A stretch of DNA of 64,000 nucleotides, taken from Eledone cirrhosa. Its lineage: Eukaryota. Shown here piece after piece: positions 35,640 through 48,200 of this stretch. Location: positions 370,512,001-370,576,000 of the forward strand of contig OZ024743.1 of NCBI GenBank assembly GCA_964016885.1, written 5' to 3'. Position 1 is the stretch's first letter, and each line of letters opens with the position of its first letter. Both the position numbers and the translations under genes were made by a program. The notes beneath the pieces are model-generated. The model saw only the letters and a list, made by a program, of their open reading frames with translations, searched no databases and was not told the origin of the DNA.

Positions 35640-37990
35640 TTGTTTCCATGGGAAATACAATAGATTCACCTGGTAATAGATGGAAAACCGTCATACGGGA
35701 AAACAAAAAAGCTTCAAATGAGAGGTGCAATAGTCAAGCTGCTAGTTATTGCATAGGAAACAAAATAGCTTTAAATGTAAATAAAAACAGCTGTGTTGCT
35801 AACTAGTCCATGAAACATGAATGGCATAACTAAGAGTTGAAAAAATGAATTGCCAACATTTGCATCAGAGCCAAATAGTTTCAACCAGAAATCTAAACTT
35901 CTAGGTATTGACAACTGTACATGAAAACAAATTAATTAAGATTTAGAACAGATTGGTTGCCAAGACATTCAGGGGTAACAAATAACTACAGCTTGGAATT
36001 AAAACAGATGGCTTACTAACTGTTTCTTTGAAACTGAAGTAGTTTCAATTTAAAATGATATCATGTGGGTTGCTGCTGCTCAATGCATGGGGAGGGGGGG
36101 GGGATACTTTCAACTGAGTATTGAAACACCTGGGGAGGTTTGGAAGTTGTCCAAAATTGCAGGGACACTAATTAACTTCATCGTGGAATACAAATAGTTT
36201 GGTAAGCAACCCTATTGAGAAATAAAATAATTTCATATTATTATACTTTGGGAGGGTCATACTGCCAATAAAAACACATGTACAAGTTGAGTTTCACTTC
36301 AATTAATCATAATTTCCATCGGTTAGCTTGATAACCAAATGATTGTTTAGTTGTTAATTGTTAAAGCTCTTTCATCACACATTCTGTGAACTCTTCAGTA
36401 ACTACTTTTGTTAATTTTTGTCTCCTCTATGTTGTTTTATTAAATAAAATAACATGAAAATAATTTCATGTTGGAGTTAAAACAATTGAATTGCTAACTG
36501 TTAAGTTCAACTGGGAAGTTAAACTGCTGGGATGTAAACTAACCTATAAGTAAATATTAGTATCAACAAGGAACTGAAACAGCTGAATTGCTAACTGTTA
36601 CAGAGAAGTTCAGTAGAGATATGAAGTAATTCATTGTCAGCAGTTAAATGGGAAACAAAATAGCATAAACAAGGTGCTACAACTACTAGGCCATCAAGTG
36701 TTAGATGAGAACAAGATTTATCTTGAAAATGGAAATGAAACATGGATTGTTAAATTTTGCTTGATAGAGAAAATAACTTTAAATCAGAATTGAAATAGGT
36801 AATTTGTCAATTGCTGCATGGAAAAAAATGGAATCAACTCTGAATCAAAAAGCTTGATCACCAACTGTTACCATTTTATCATCATTACTGTTTCATGTCT
36901 ATTTTCCATAAGTTAGGCTAGGCAGGCAGATCAGATGACTGTGTCTTGCTCATAGGTTTCATTTTGGCAATGTCTCTATGGTTGGATGCCCTTCCTAATG
37001 CCAACTACTTTATGACATTTACAGGGTTCATTTGCTCATGATACCACCACTCCACCTGACAGGGTGGACTAGATGCTTTTTTCATGGCACAAACACTACT
37101 ACTGCATATTGTGTGCTAGATACATATTATTGGGGAACCAGCACTGTCAGTTTCAGTGTGAGTTAGGTGCATTTTATCATGGCGCCAGAACTACAAGAAT
37201 GCCTTGATGAAATGCTGTATAAGTCCTTTTATTCGACACTCTAATGACTCTGCCAATCCACCACCCAAGATTTAACTAATAATACAAACAGCTGGGTTAT
37301 TAGAAACAAAATAGCTTTAATTGTTAGTCAATAAATTTATATTTCCCATAAAATAAAATAACTAATTGCTGCATGGAAAACAATAAAACTGCAACATGGG
37401 ATTGGAGGAGGTGTGTTGCTAACTGTTACATGGAAAACAATAAAACTGCAACATGGAATTGGTGGAGGTGTGTTGCTAACTGTTACATGGAACAATGAAC
37501 TAGATTCAATAGAGCATAGTGACAGCAGAATTCTATATTATGGAATATAAAATAGTTTCAACTAGGAATTGAAATAGTCTGATCCTCAAATTAGTGTCAA
37601 CCAGGAATAGAAACAGGTGTGCTACCAATAATTGCATAGGAAACAATAGTTTCCAATGGAAAATGAAACATAACCATTACCTACTATTATTACCTAAGAA
37701 ACAATATAGCTTCAATTGGGGGAGTAAAACAATTATGTTGCTAATTATTAAATGTAAAACAAAAAAGAAAAATAGTTTTAATTAAGAGTTGAAACAATCA
37801 GATTACCAATTATTATATGGGAATTGAAACAATTGCATAGTAAACAACATCTTCAAATTAATATCAAAACAGATGGTTTGCTTTTTGTTACATAGAGAAA
37901 AAAAAATCAATGTTGAATTATAACAGCTGCGTTTCTGGTATGATCTAGTCAGCTAGGTTGCTATCTATTTCCTGAAAAATAGTTTAGCTT
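35640..37990. repeat. Old degenerate ~57-bp minisatellite, interrupted by an RTE-tail element
   Basis: Recurring aacagctg..ttgctaactgttacatggaaaacaaaatagcttcaa..ggaattgaa, with one near-perfect 57-bp tandem pair at 37372-37490. Confidence 0.7.
36875..37200 (-). mobile_element. RTE 3'-tail fragment
   Basis: atcatcatt...ttttccataagttaggctag...ggttggatgcccttcctaatgccaac is the reverse complement of the RTE 3' UTR. Confidence 0.7.
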
Positions 37991-38144
37991 CCTCTATGAT
38001 CATAGGTCTGGTTTATTCAAGATTTGACTTGTAGCTAAATAACAACAGTAACTAAGTTGATAACTTAGTAGATTATAAAAGATTCCTTAACAGTATTATG
38101 GATAATCTATTTGCATTTTTTTTGTTTTAATTTTCTACTTTCAG

Positions 38145-38255
38145 ATAAATGTCCGGAGGAAAAGTGGCAATGCGGAAATAAGGAGTGCATCAACAAAGGT
38201 CTTCAGTGTGATGGTATCAAAGACTGTCTTGATGGCTCAGATGAATTTCATTGCT
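38145..38255 (+). CDS. Exon G: LDL-receptor class A repeat
   Basis: Acceptor ttttctactttcag, donor T|gtaagt; 111 nt, phase 1-1. Encodes [37 protein letters not shown], with the canonical CDGxxDCxDGSDE motif. Confidence 0.94.
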
Positions 38256-38569
38256 GTAAGTAGGAAAACCTTAGACTAATATATCATCGTCTTCATTTAA
38301 TATTTGTTTTCCCTGCAACCAATATATATGGTATAGTATGGTCCCATAATTCCTGATGGAGTCATAGGGATGCCATATTGACATACAGCATTTCTTGGGC
38401 ATTTTAAGACTCTCCATGCTTGAATACAGCAGATTTCTTCCAGAGAAGGATAGAAAGTGAGAAGAAGTGGGGGGAGAAAGTCATATAGAGGAAGAATCAA
38501 CACCAGTACTAGACTGATACTTTTTTATCGGCCTCAGAAGGATGAAAGGCAAAGTTGACCTCAATATAT

Positions 38570-39887
38570 CATCATCATCATCATCATCATTATCGTTTAA
38601 CATCTATCTTCCACGCTAGCATGGGTTAGACGGGAATAGTCCCACTTGAGGCAAGATTGATCGGGTGACCGTGTCTTGCTCATATAGAACTGTATCTGGC
38701 AGGTTTTCTACGGCTGGATGCCCTTCCTAACACCAACCACATTTACAATGTAGACTGGGAGCCTTTTGACTGTGTTTTCTACATGGCCACATTACAGCAG
38801 GGACCGTTTTTTTTTTGTGACACCTACATGACCTCTTTAGTTTGGACTAGATGTTGTGGTACCAACATAACTTTACAGAGAGGGTGGTGTTGGCAGGAGT
38901 GTGAGGATGGAGTAGGGGTAGTGAGTTAGGGTGTATATTTGGTTAAAAGGAGCCTACTGAGTGTAGGTTAACTTTGTATGTAAGGACAGCGGGTCTTCTG
39001 TATTACTGTGTGGCGCCAAAGATCTCAATCCTGTGCCATTGTCTTAGAGAGGTCTAAGTGTGCAAGGTCAGATTTTATCATGTCGTCCCAGGTTTTTCTG
39101 GGTCTACCTACTCCGTAACTTCCATCAATTTTGATCTCGCTGCACTTTTTATACAGCTGTCATCCTTCATATGCATCATATGACCATACCAACGCAATCT
39201 CCTTTCTAGTAAACTGCATCTGATCTCTTTTATGCCTAATTTCTCATTTAGTTCGTTTACGCTTTGCTGTTCATCTACATTACTATTACACATCCATTGG
39301 AGCATGCATGCTTTGTTTCTTTCCAATCTGCGCAGATCCTCTGCACACAATGCCAAGGTCTCACTACCATGTAACATTGCTATTCATATATAAGCGTCAT
39401 AAAATCTGCCTTTCATTTTTAGAGAGAAACCTCTTGTGGACATCAGCAGTATTAGCTCTCTGAACTTTTTCCATCCTGTTCTTACTCTGGCTACTACACT
39501 TTCAGAACACCCTCCTCCACTGCTGATTTTGTTACCTAGGTAACAGAAAATGTCTACTATTTCTATAGAATCATCTGGGCAGTTGAAGGAGCTATTATCC
39601 TGTGGGCACTTGTTACTTACTGCTCCTGAGCATCGGCCAAGTATAAAACCAACATTTTTAGATAACTTGCCTGTGATTCTACTACATCTTTTATGTAACC
39701 ATAGCTTGCATTTGGGACATAGAATGGAATTTCTACCTACTCCTTTCCTACACACCGAGCAAGGCCATTTCCCAGGGGGAACCTGTGCCTTAATTTCCTT
39801 TCTACATACTAGAACTTTAGTCTTAGACAAGTTAACTTTAAAGCCTTTTGATTCTAAGCCATGCTTCCGGGTTTGGAATTTCTTCTA
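38570..39887 (-). mobile_element. RTE LINE 3' part
   Basis: KTKVLV..WPCSVCRKGVGRNSILCPKCKLWLHKRCS (PHD-like insert), FCYLG, RTGWKKFREL, MLHGSET, RRLRWYGH; (ATC)n tail on the plus strand at about 38570. Confidence 0.92.
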
Positions 39888-39888
39888 T

Positions 39889-40780
39889 ATAAACACGTGT
39901 ATTAATGGAGAAATTATACTTCTTTTATAAAAAAAAACATATTTATTCAATCTATTCCCTTACAAATGTTTCAAATGAGATATGACCTCCAAATATTCGA
40001 AACGTTGGGAAAATTCGTTTGTTATAGTCATGTCAATCTATAATTTTAGATATATGTCTATAAAGTCATAATTCCTTCTCCTCTGAGAGAGAAAAGAAGT
40101 CTGTGGGGAATTTTGTCAATGAAATGCTGGGATATTGTATCCTGCATATTAAGTACAGAGTTTATTTCAACAGAACAAATTATTTTTCTGGTTATGCATT
40201 TCTCCCGTTGCTGGTATATTGACATTTTAATTTTTGAAAGATGTAGAGAAAAAAATGAACGAAAAATATCATCTAATTTTATTTCTAATAAAGGGAGACA
40301 ATTCATGGAAACTAAACTTAGAATTTTGATCCTGGGATTAAGTAAACTAGTTTAGATTAGATTCATATTTTTCTCTACAAATAGCATTTAAATAAAAGGG
40401 ATACCATAGTATACACCCAGAAATGCACATAGTCTTGTTGGTATGTTATTGTCTCATACATGCATTTACCTAAGCATATTCACACACTCATATACCTATA
40501 ATGTATGGAAACACATGTGGGGACATAAATACACTAGCGTTCAAGGACCTACATACAATAACACATTCATTCACCTTTGACAAGGGGTACAAGTATACAT
40601 TTCATGTTAAATTTCTATGAGTATATTTCCGAGTATGTATATCCATTTAATTCCCACTAGATTGAAAGTATACAGTCAATACTAAGAATAGGTCATATCT
40701 CATTTGAAACAATTATAAGGGAATAAATATGGTTCTTTGATGAAAGTAGTATAATTTATTCATAAATACACCTGTTTCTA
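39889..40780. repeat. ~100-bp inverted repeat pair bracketing ~0.7 kb; possible Penelope-like remnant
   Basis: 39889-39988 is an imperfect reverse complement of 40690-40780 (shared ttcccttaNaaNtgtttcaaatgagatatgacct). Confidence 0.55.
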
Positions 40781-40966
40781 TTTTCTCTACATTTATATGT
40801 ATAACTACTCTTCCATGCTAATATCTTTTCTTCTTCAAACCTTTATATATTAGATAAACAAATTGAGCTATTCCTTTTTCTTAAAAACTGGCAATTAATA
40901 CTAGCTTTTTAATTCTCTACTTTCCTTTGGAGATTGTTAATATAGTTCTAACTGTGTTACATATAT

Positions 40967-42520
40967 TTATAGCACAGTTGATTAGGGACAGATTAAATCT
41001 AGATGAGATGCAGTTTGGATTTGTACCAGGCAAAGGCACCACTGATGCCCTCTTCCTTGTGAGGCAGTTATAGGAGTACCTAGCTAAAAGCAAGCCTCTC
41101 TAACTGGCAATTGTTGATCTGGAGAAGGTTTTCGACAGAGTGTCCCATGACATAATCTGGTGGGCTCTTAAAAAATTAGGAGTAGATGAGTGGGTTGTGA
41201 AGGCTGTACAAGCCATGTATAGAGGCGTAGTCAGCAAAGTTAGGATTATCAATGACTATAGTGAGGAATTTAGCATACAAGGTGGCATCCACCAGGGATC
41301 TGTTCTAAGTCCGCTCCTGTTTATTATCCTTTTGCAGGCTATAACAGAGGAGTTTATGACCAGCTGCCCATGGAAACTTCTGTATGCAGTTGATCTTACA
41401 ATTATAGCTGAATCTATGGTAAAACTAGAGAAGAAATTCTAAACATGGAAGCAGGGTTTAGAAAGAAGGGGTCTTAGAGTCAACCTGACAAAGACTAAGG
41501 TCCTAGTAAGTAGAAGAGAAAACAGAACCCAGATTCCCTCAGGGAATGACCTTGCTCAGTATGTAGGAAAGGTGTAGGTAGAAACTCCATCCTCTGCCTT
41601 ATGGGTAACCTATGGGTACACAAGAGATGTAGTAGGCTTTCAGGAAGTTTAGCTAAGAATGTAGGCTTTACATGTAGCAATTGCACCGGGACAGTAAGCA
41701 GCAAATGACTGCAGGGAACAAGCACTACCAAATTCTGGGAGAGCTCTGTAGAAATAATAGATAGCTTCTGCTACCTCGGTGACCAGCTTAGCAGCAGAGG
41801 TGGGTATTCTGAAAGTACAGTAGCCTGGATAAGAATGGGATGGAAGAAGTTCAGGGAGCTACTATCATTGGAAACTGCAAAAGGCTTCCCTGCAGAATGA
41901 AAGGCAGACTGTATGATGCATGCATATGAACAGCAATGTTGCATGGTAGTAAGACCAGGGTGCTGTGTGCAGAAAACTTGAATAGATTAGAAAGAAATGA
42001 AGGTTGCATGCTCTGATGGATGTGTAATAGTAACATACGAGAATAGTGAAGCATAACTGAATTGAGAGAGAAACAAGACATAAGAGGAATCAAATGCTGT
42101 GTGTAGGACAGGAGATTACTTTGGTATGGATATGTGATGCATTTGAAGTATGACAGCTGCATAAAAAGGTGCAGAGCTCTCAAAATTGATGGAAGTCTTG
42201 GAGTTGGCAAATCCAGAAAGACTTGGGATGAAGAGATAAAAGCAAACTTTGCCCAATTACACCTCCCGAGATGTCTGGCGATACGACAACAGCACCCTGC
42301 ACACGCTGTAAAATGATCATATAGGTGACACGGTAAAAAGCCCCCAGCACACACTGTAAATGTGGTTGGTGTTAGGAAGGGCATCCAGCCATACAAAACC
42401 AGCTAGAAACAGTCCTATACAAGCAAGACACAGTCACTCGACTCAACTTGCCTCTAATGGAACAAACCCATCTAACCAATGCTAGCATGGAAAATAGATG
42501 TTAAACGATGATTATGATGA
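40967..42520 (+). mobile_element. RTE LINE, RT to 3' end
   Basis: LDEMQFGFVPGKGTTDALF, VDLEKVFDRVSH, GIHQGSVLSPLLF, LLYAVDL; 3' tail (GAT)n followed by (TA)n. Confidence 0.92.
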
Positions 42521-42524
42521 TATA

Positions 42525-42598
<74 letters not shown>

Positions 42599-42981
42599 CA
42601 TATGTACATATATTTTTTAATAACATATAAGAAATAAAGAAAAAAGTACACCTTGAGTTACGTGAAGAGAAATTGCGAGTGAGAAGATTTAAGCTCAATA
42701 TGTTTATACACTAACAGAAGTGTAGGAGAAAAGTTGCAATTTTAGCATTGAGCATATAACACGTTAAGATGACAGATGGAAGTTGTCAATCGTATAATCT
42801 CTAAAGAGTAAATATTTTAGAACTTTCTGTTATCTTAATTTGTTATGGGTGAAAGCACCGATTCTTTGCTTAAACTTCAATCTGTTATTTTAATAAATAT
42901 TTGCTCTAGGTTTCTTATATTTGATATATATTTATCCTTATCGAGCCCTCTTTGGATTTTAGTCTCCAAATTTATTATTAT

Positions 42982-43023
<42 letters not shown>

Positions 43024-43100
43024 CCATCTAAACCTATGCTAGAGTGGAAGGTAGATGTTAAATGATGTTGATGATGATATATATGTGTATATATATATAC

Positions 43101-43139
<39 letters not shown>

Positions 43140-43526
43140 TATATATATATATATATGTACTTCTATTTATTTGTTTTGCAATACACTTGATATATTTAGT
43201 GATGGTCATGTTGCCAATTTTGCCAACAAAAACACAAGCAGTATTTGAAGAGGTCACAAAATGTGTGATGAAAGAACTTTTGATGAAATAACAAATAACT
43301 CATAACGGGGTCACTCTTAACACACTTAACGAAGCCTTTTATCTTTTTATTAGTATGTAATGAAGGAGAGAAGAGCTGTGCCCATGACTCTCTTAGTGTT
43401 AGTGAAGGAAGGAAAGAAGGAAGGAGGGAGAGAGGGACCCTTAAACTGAAGACTACAATCATCATTCATGCACATCACATGTCCATATCAATGCAGTCAT
43501 CTCTCATATAAATATATATGTATGCA

Positions 43527-44492
43527 TTGCCCAGATGGTTCTATAGAAATAGTGGACACTTTCCGTTAAAATCAGCAGTGGTGGAGGGTGTTCTGAAAGT
43601 ACAGTAGCCAGAGTCAGAACGGGATGGAAAAAGTTCAGAGAGCTTATACCGCTGTTGGCCACAAAAGGTTTCTGTCTAAAAATGAAAGGCAGATTGTATG
43701 ATGCCTGTATACGAACAGCAATGCTACATGCAGAGGACCTGCGCGGACTGGAGAGGAACAAAGCTCACATACTCCGTTGGATGTGTAATAGTAATATACG
43801 TCAACGGCAAAGCATAAATGGACTAAATGAGAAATTAGGAATAAGAGGGATCAGATGCTGTTTACTTGAGAGAGGACTACATTGGTATGGTCACATGATG
43901 CGCATGAAAGACGACAGCTGTATAAAAAAAGTGCAGGGCGATCAAAATTGATGGAAGTTACGGAGTAGGTAGACCCAGAAAAACCTGGGACGATTTGATA
44001 AATTCCAACCTTACACACTTGCACCTCTCTAAGACAATGTCACTGGACCAAGATCTTTGGCACTACGTAGTAATACAGAAGACAAAGCGAAACCTACAGT
44101 CAGTAGGCACCTCTTAGCCAAATATACACCCCAATCCACTACCCCTACCCTATCCTCCCACTCCCACCAACACCACCCTCTCTCTATAAAGTTGGTACCA
44201 CAACATCCAGTCCAAATAAATGAGATAATGAGATCGAGATTGTGTAGGTGTCACGACAAACAAATACACAGTCCACGCAGTAATGTGGCCGTGTAGGTAA
44301 CATGGTAAAAAATTCCCAGTTCCACACTGTAAATGTGGTTGGTGTTAGGAAGGGCATCCAGCCGTAGAAAACCTGCCAGATAGTCCTATATGAGCGAGAC
44401 ACGGCCACCCGACCAACCTTGCCTCAAGTGGGACAACTCCTGTCTAACCCATGCTAGCGTGGAAGATGGACGTTAAACGAAGATGATGATGA
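43527..44492 (+). mobile_element. RTE LINE 3' fragment (closely related to 38570-39580)
   Basis: KGFCLKMKGRLYDACIRTAMLH..LRWMC..WYGHMMRM; the 3' UTR is colinear with the minus-strand copy. Confidence 0.9.
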
Positions 44493-44496
44493 AGGT

Positions 44497-44900
44497 GAAG
44501 GTGCATGGCTTAGTGGTTAGAGCATTGGGCTTGCAATTCTCGGAGCGGGTGATGTGTTGTTTCCTTGAGCAAGACACTTTACTTCACATTGCGCCAATTT
44601 ACTCAGCTGTATAAATTAGATGATAGGACTGGGGTCCCTATCATTCCGCTGCAAAGTGGTCGTGGAGGTGCTATGGCAAAAAAGCACCCAGCCCACACTG
44701 GACGTGTAGGGACCACAGAATAAAAACACCAGCACTCACTGTAAATGAGGTTGGTGTTAGGAAGGGCATCCAACTGTAGAAATCAAGTTCCCGTATGAGG
44801 AAGACAAGGTCAGCCGACCGGACACTGCCCACAACAGGACAACACGTCTAACTCATGCTAGCGTGGAAGAACGGACATAAAACGGTGATGATGATGATGA
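44497..44900 (+). mobile_element. SINE head (44497-44620) followed by an RTE 3' UTR fragment (44646-44900)
   Basis: ggtgcatggcttagtggttag...ccttgagcaagacacttt, then ttggtgttaggaagggcatcc...catgctagcgtggaaga...(gat)n. Confidence 0.8.
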
Positions 44901-44914
44901 TATATATATCTATA

Positions 44915-47125
44915 TCATCATCACCATTTTACGTCCATTCTTCCACGCTAGCATGGGTTAGACAGGTTGTCCTGTTGTGGGCAGTGCCCGGTTGACTGAC
45001 CATGTCTTGCTCATACGGGAACTGATTCTGGTTTGATTTCTGGATGCCCTTCCTAACACCAACCTCATTTACAGTGAGTGCTGGGTGCTTTTTTTCCGTG
45101 GCACCTACACGTCCACTTTACAGTGTGGGTTGGGTGCTTTTTTGCCGTGGCACCTCCACAACCACTTTGCAGTGGGAGGGGTTGAGGGCATATTGTCTAT
45201 ATGCTTCAGCTTCAGCTTGTACCCGTGGTGGATTGGGTCTTCTGTATTACTGTGTGACGCTAGAGGTCATGGTCTGTTGAGAGGTGCAATTGTGTATGGC
45301 CAGCTTTTATCATCTCATCCCAGGTCTTCTTGGGTTTCCCCATTCCATGGCTTCCATCAACTTTTAGTGCTCTACACCTTTTTATGCAGCTGTCATCCTT
45401 CATATGCATCACATGTCCATATCAACGCAACCTCCTCTCCTGCAAACAGCATTTGATTCCTCTTATGCTCAGTCTCTCTCTCAATTTGTTTATGCTTTGC
45501 TGTTCGCGTATATTACTATTACACATCCATCGGAGCATGCAGGCTTTGTTTCTTTCTAATCTACGGAAGTCTTCCACCTTCATCGCCCAGGTCTCACTAT
45601 CATGTAACATTGCTGTTCGTATACACGCATCATACAGTCTGCCTTTCATTTTAAGGGAAAAGCCTTTTGCAGCTAGCAGTGGCATTAGCACCCTGAACTT
45701 CATGCATCCCGTTCTTACCCTAGTTATTGTACTTTCTGAACAACCACCCACGCTGCTAATTCGGTCACCTAGGTAGCAGAAGCTGTCTACTGTTTCTACA
45801 GAGCCCTCCCAGAGATTGGTGGTACTTTTTTCCTGTGGCCGTTTGCTGCTTGCTGTCCTGGTGCAGCTGCTACATGTGAAGCCTACATTCTTAGTTAAGC
45901 TTCCTGAGATCCCATTACATCTCTTGTGTACCCATTGTTTGCATTTGTGGCAGAGGATGGAGTTCCTACCTACACCTTTCCTACATACTGAGCAAGGCCA
46001 TTTCCCTGAGGGGATCTGGGTTCTGTTTTCTCATCTACTTACGAGGACCTTAGTCTTTGTCAGGTTGACTTTGAGACACTTTCTTTCTAGTCCCTGCTTC
46101 CATGTTTGGAATTTGTTCTCTAGTTCTACCATAGATTCAGCTATAAGTGCGAGGTCATCTGCATTCAGGAGTTCCCATGGGTATCCAGTCTTAAACTCCT
46201 CTGTTATTGCCTGCAAAACTATGATGAACAGGAGAGGGCTAAGAACAGAGCCCTGGTGGACACCGACCTGTATGCTAAATTCCTCGCTATAGTCATTGCT
46301 AATCCTAACTTTGCTGACTGCTCCCCTATACATGACTTGTACAGCTTTCACAAGCCATTCATCTACTCCTAGCTTTCTAAGAGCCCACCAGATTATAGCA
46401 TGGGAGACTCTGTCAAAGGCTTTCTCCAGATCGACGAATGCCAGGTAGAACAGCTTACTTTTAGCTAGGTACTTTTCCTGTAACTGCCTCACAAGGAAGA
46501 GGGCATCAGTGGTGCCTTTTCCTGGCACAAACCCAAATTGCATCTCATCTAGTTTCACCCGGTCCCTAATCAACTGTGCTATAACTCTTTCCATTACTTT
46601 CATGACCTGGTCCATCAGCTTTATACCTCTATAGTTTCCTCTATCTAGTGCATCACCTTTACCCTTGTAGCAGTTGACAATGATGCTGCTGCACAAATCC
46701 TTTGGTATGACCCCTCGAGTATTACCTGGTTAACAATACGTGTGGTTATAGTGTGACCTACCGACCCAGATGCCTTCAGCATCTCGGCAGCTATACCTGA
46801 TGGACTGGTTGCCTTCCCCATCTTCATATCTTTGATTGCTGACTTGTACCGCTGGCCCCTCTATAGGGTCTACTTGGGGTAGGGTCTCTTCTTCCCATGC
46901 ATTTTCCTCATTTAATAATCTTTCATGATGGCTCTTCCACGCAACTTTCTTCTCAGCACTTGTGAGGGCAAGCTCACATTTATCATTCCAGACACACTTC
47001 TCTCCAATGACATTACAATTCTCTCTGACACAGAATTCGCTTCCAGTCTGTGTCGTCTATGACAGCGAATGTGACAGTCATCACAGTAGTGCATTAGCAA
47101 CTGTTGTCTCTACGCGTCATCACAA
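44915..47125 (-). mobile_element. RTE LINE, about 2.2 kb including the whole RT
   Basis: YKGKGDALDRGNYRGIKLM, QFGFVPGKGTTDA, FVDLEKAFDRV, GVHQGSVLSPLLF, LNADDLALIA, GLKVNLTKTK-like. Confidence 0.95.
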
Positions 47126-47784
47126 TGCCATCAACCGATTGGCTACTGGTTCAGAAATTTACGTGACAATAGGATACAAAATCCAAATAGTTCCACTCCC
47201 GCCATAAGCACTCAGCCAATGTATCTCAAACACAAATTAACAAGTGAGTGAAAAAATCAGTTATTAGAGAAGATCAGTAGCATTCGGCTCCAGTCTCCAA
47301 GTACCATTGCAAAAAATAGTGTGACAATAACAATGGTTGTGCCTAAAACCTTTCTGGACATTAAATGCCAACAAGTGGCAACAAGCAATTAGACAGTGAT
47401 GCAGAATTAGCATGCTGGTTAGAATTCGAATTCTAGATATTTCGACCAACCACGTGCGTAAACCAATCAATTTCACAACTTGTATGATTCAATAGGTGAG
47501 TGAGAGAGAAAGATAGAACATATATTAGAGCACATATTAAACAAAACAATAAAAAATGTGGAAAATTGTTCAACTTACTCTCATTGTTAATCTGCTAGTT
47601 GGGAGAAAATAATAAGTTGATGGGACTAACATGAGTTTCACTGCTAACACCAGTTACATCTCAGCGTACTCAATAGGTAATGTTATGTAAAATCACAGAG
47701 TAGACACATAGTTATTTGCTTCACTACAACACACATAAATGGGTACCTGGAGGTCAGTTTATTATTATTGTTATTATTGTTATT

Positions 47785-48072
47785 GTTCTTTGAGTCTCAG
47801 TCATTGATGTTATTTAACTGGAAAGTTTGTTGAAATGAATATCAAGCCGCTACCTGCAGCCTCAGATATTCAGAATGTATCGGAGGGTTCTTGCTGTTCC
47901 CAACAAGCATGCCTTTTGAAGTGTTCCAAAAAGCGGGGCTGGACTAATCTTCTTTAACCCTCCTTGGAAACTCTTTGAGATAGTACCTAGTGCACCTATG
48001 ACAATCAGGACAACCTTGATCTCATGAAAGTTCCAAATCCTTTTTAACCCCCACTTTAAATTCTGATATCGG
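47785..48072 (-). mobile_element. R4/Dong-like LINE 3' fragment
   Basis: YQNLKWGLKRIW..VIGALGTI..LQKACLLGTARTLR; its 3' UTR matches those at 52987 and 57954; (AAT)n tail. Confidence 0.9.
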
Positions 48073-48200
48073 CAAAGGGCAGTGAGCGCTTGAAGACATT
48101 CCAGTTTCCAAGCGCTCCCTTTCGGTCTCCACGTGACCCAAGATTGCAGCTCTGCCAAGGAGACAAGCTGGGGGAAAATGTGCCTAGCGAAAGTCAACCA
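48073..48200 (+). ncRNA. Candidate HDV-like ribozyme remnant (structured GC-rich RNA)
   Basis: P2 CUUUCG(48119)/CGAAAG(48188), P3 GUC/GAC, L3 UCCACGU, P1' CCAAGAU, a P4 hairpin and J4/2 CUAG. The 5' P1 strand was not found. Confidence 0.45.

Noticed and set aside
45330-46292. Plus-strand ORFs over RTE, Dong and CRE elements (also 39550, 53200, 54443, 61038 and others)
   Set aside because: Antisense shadows of retrotransposon coding sequence.
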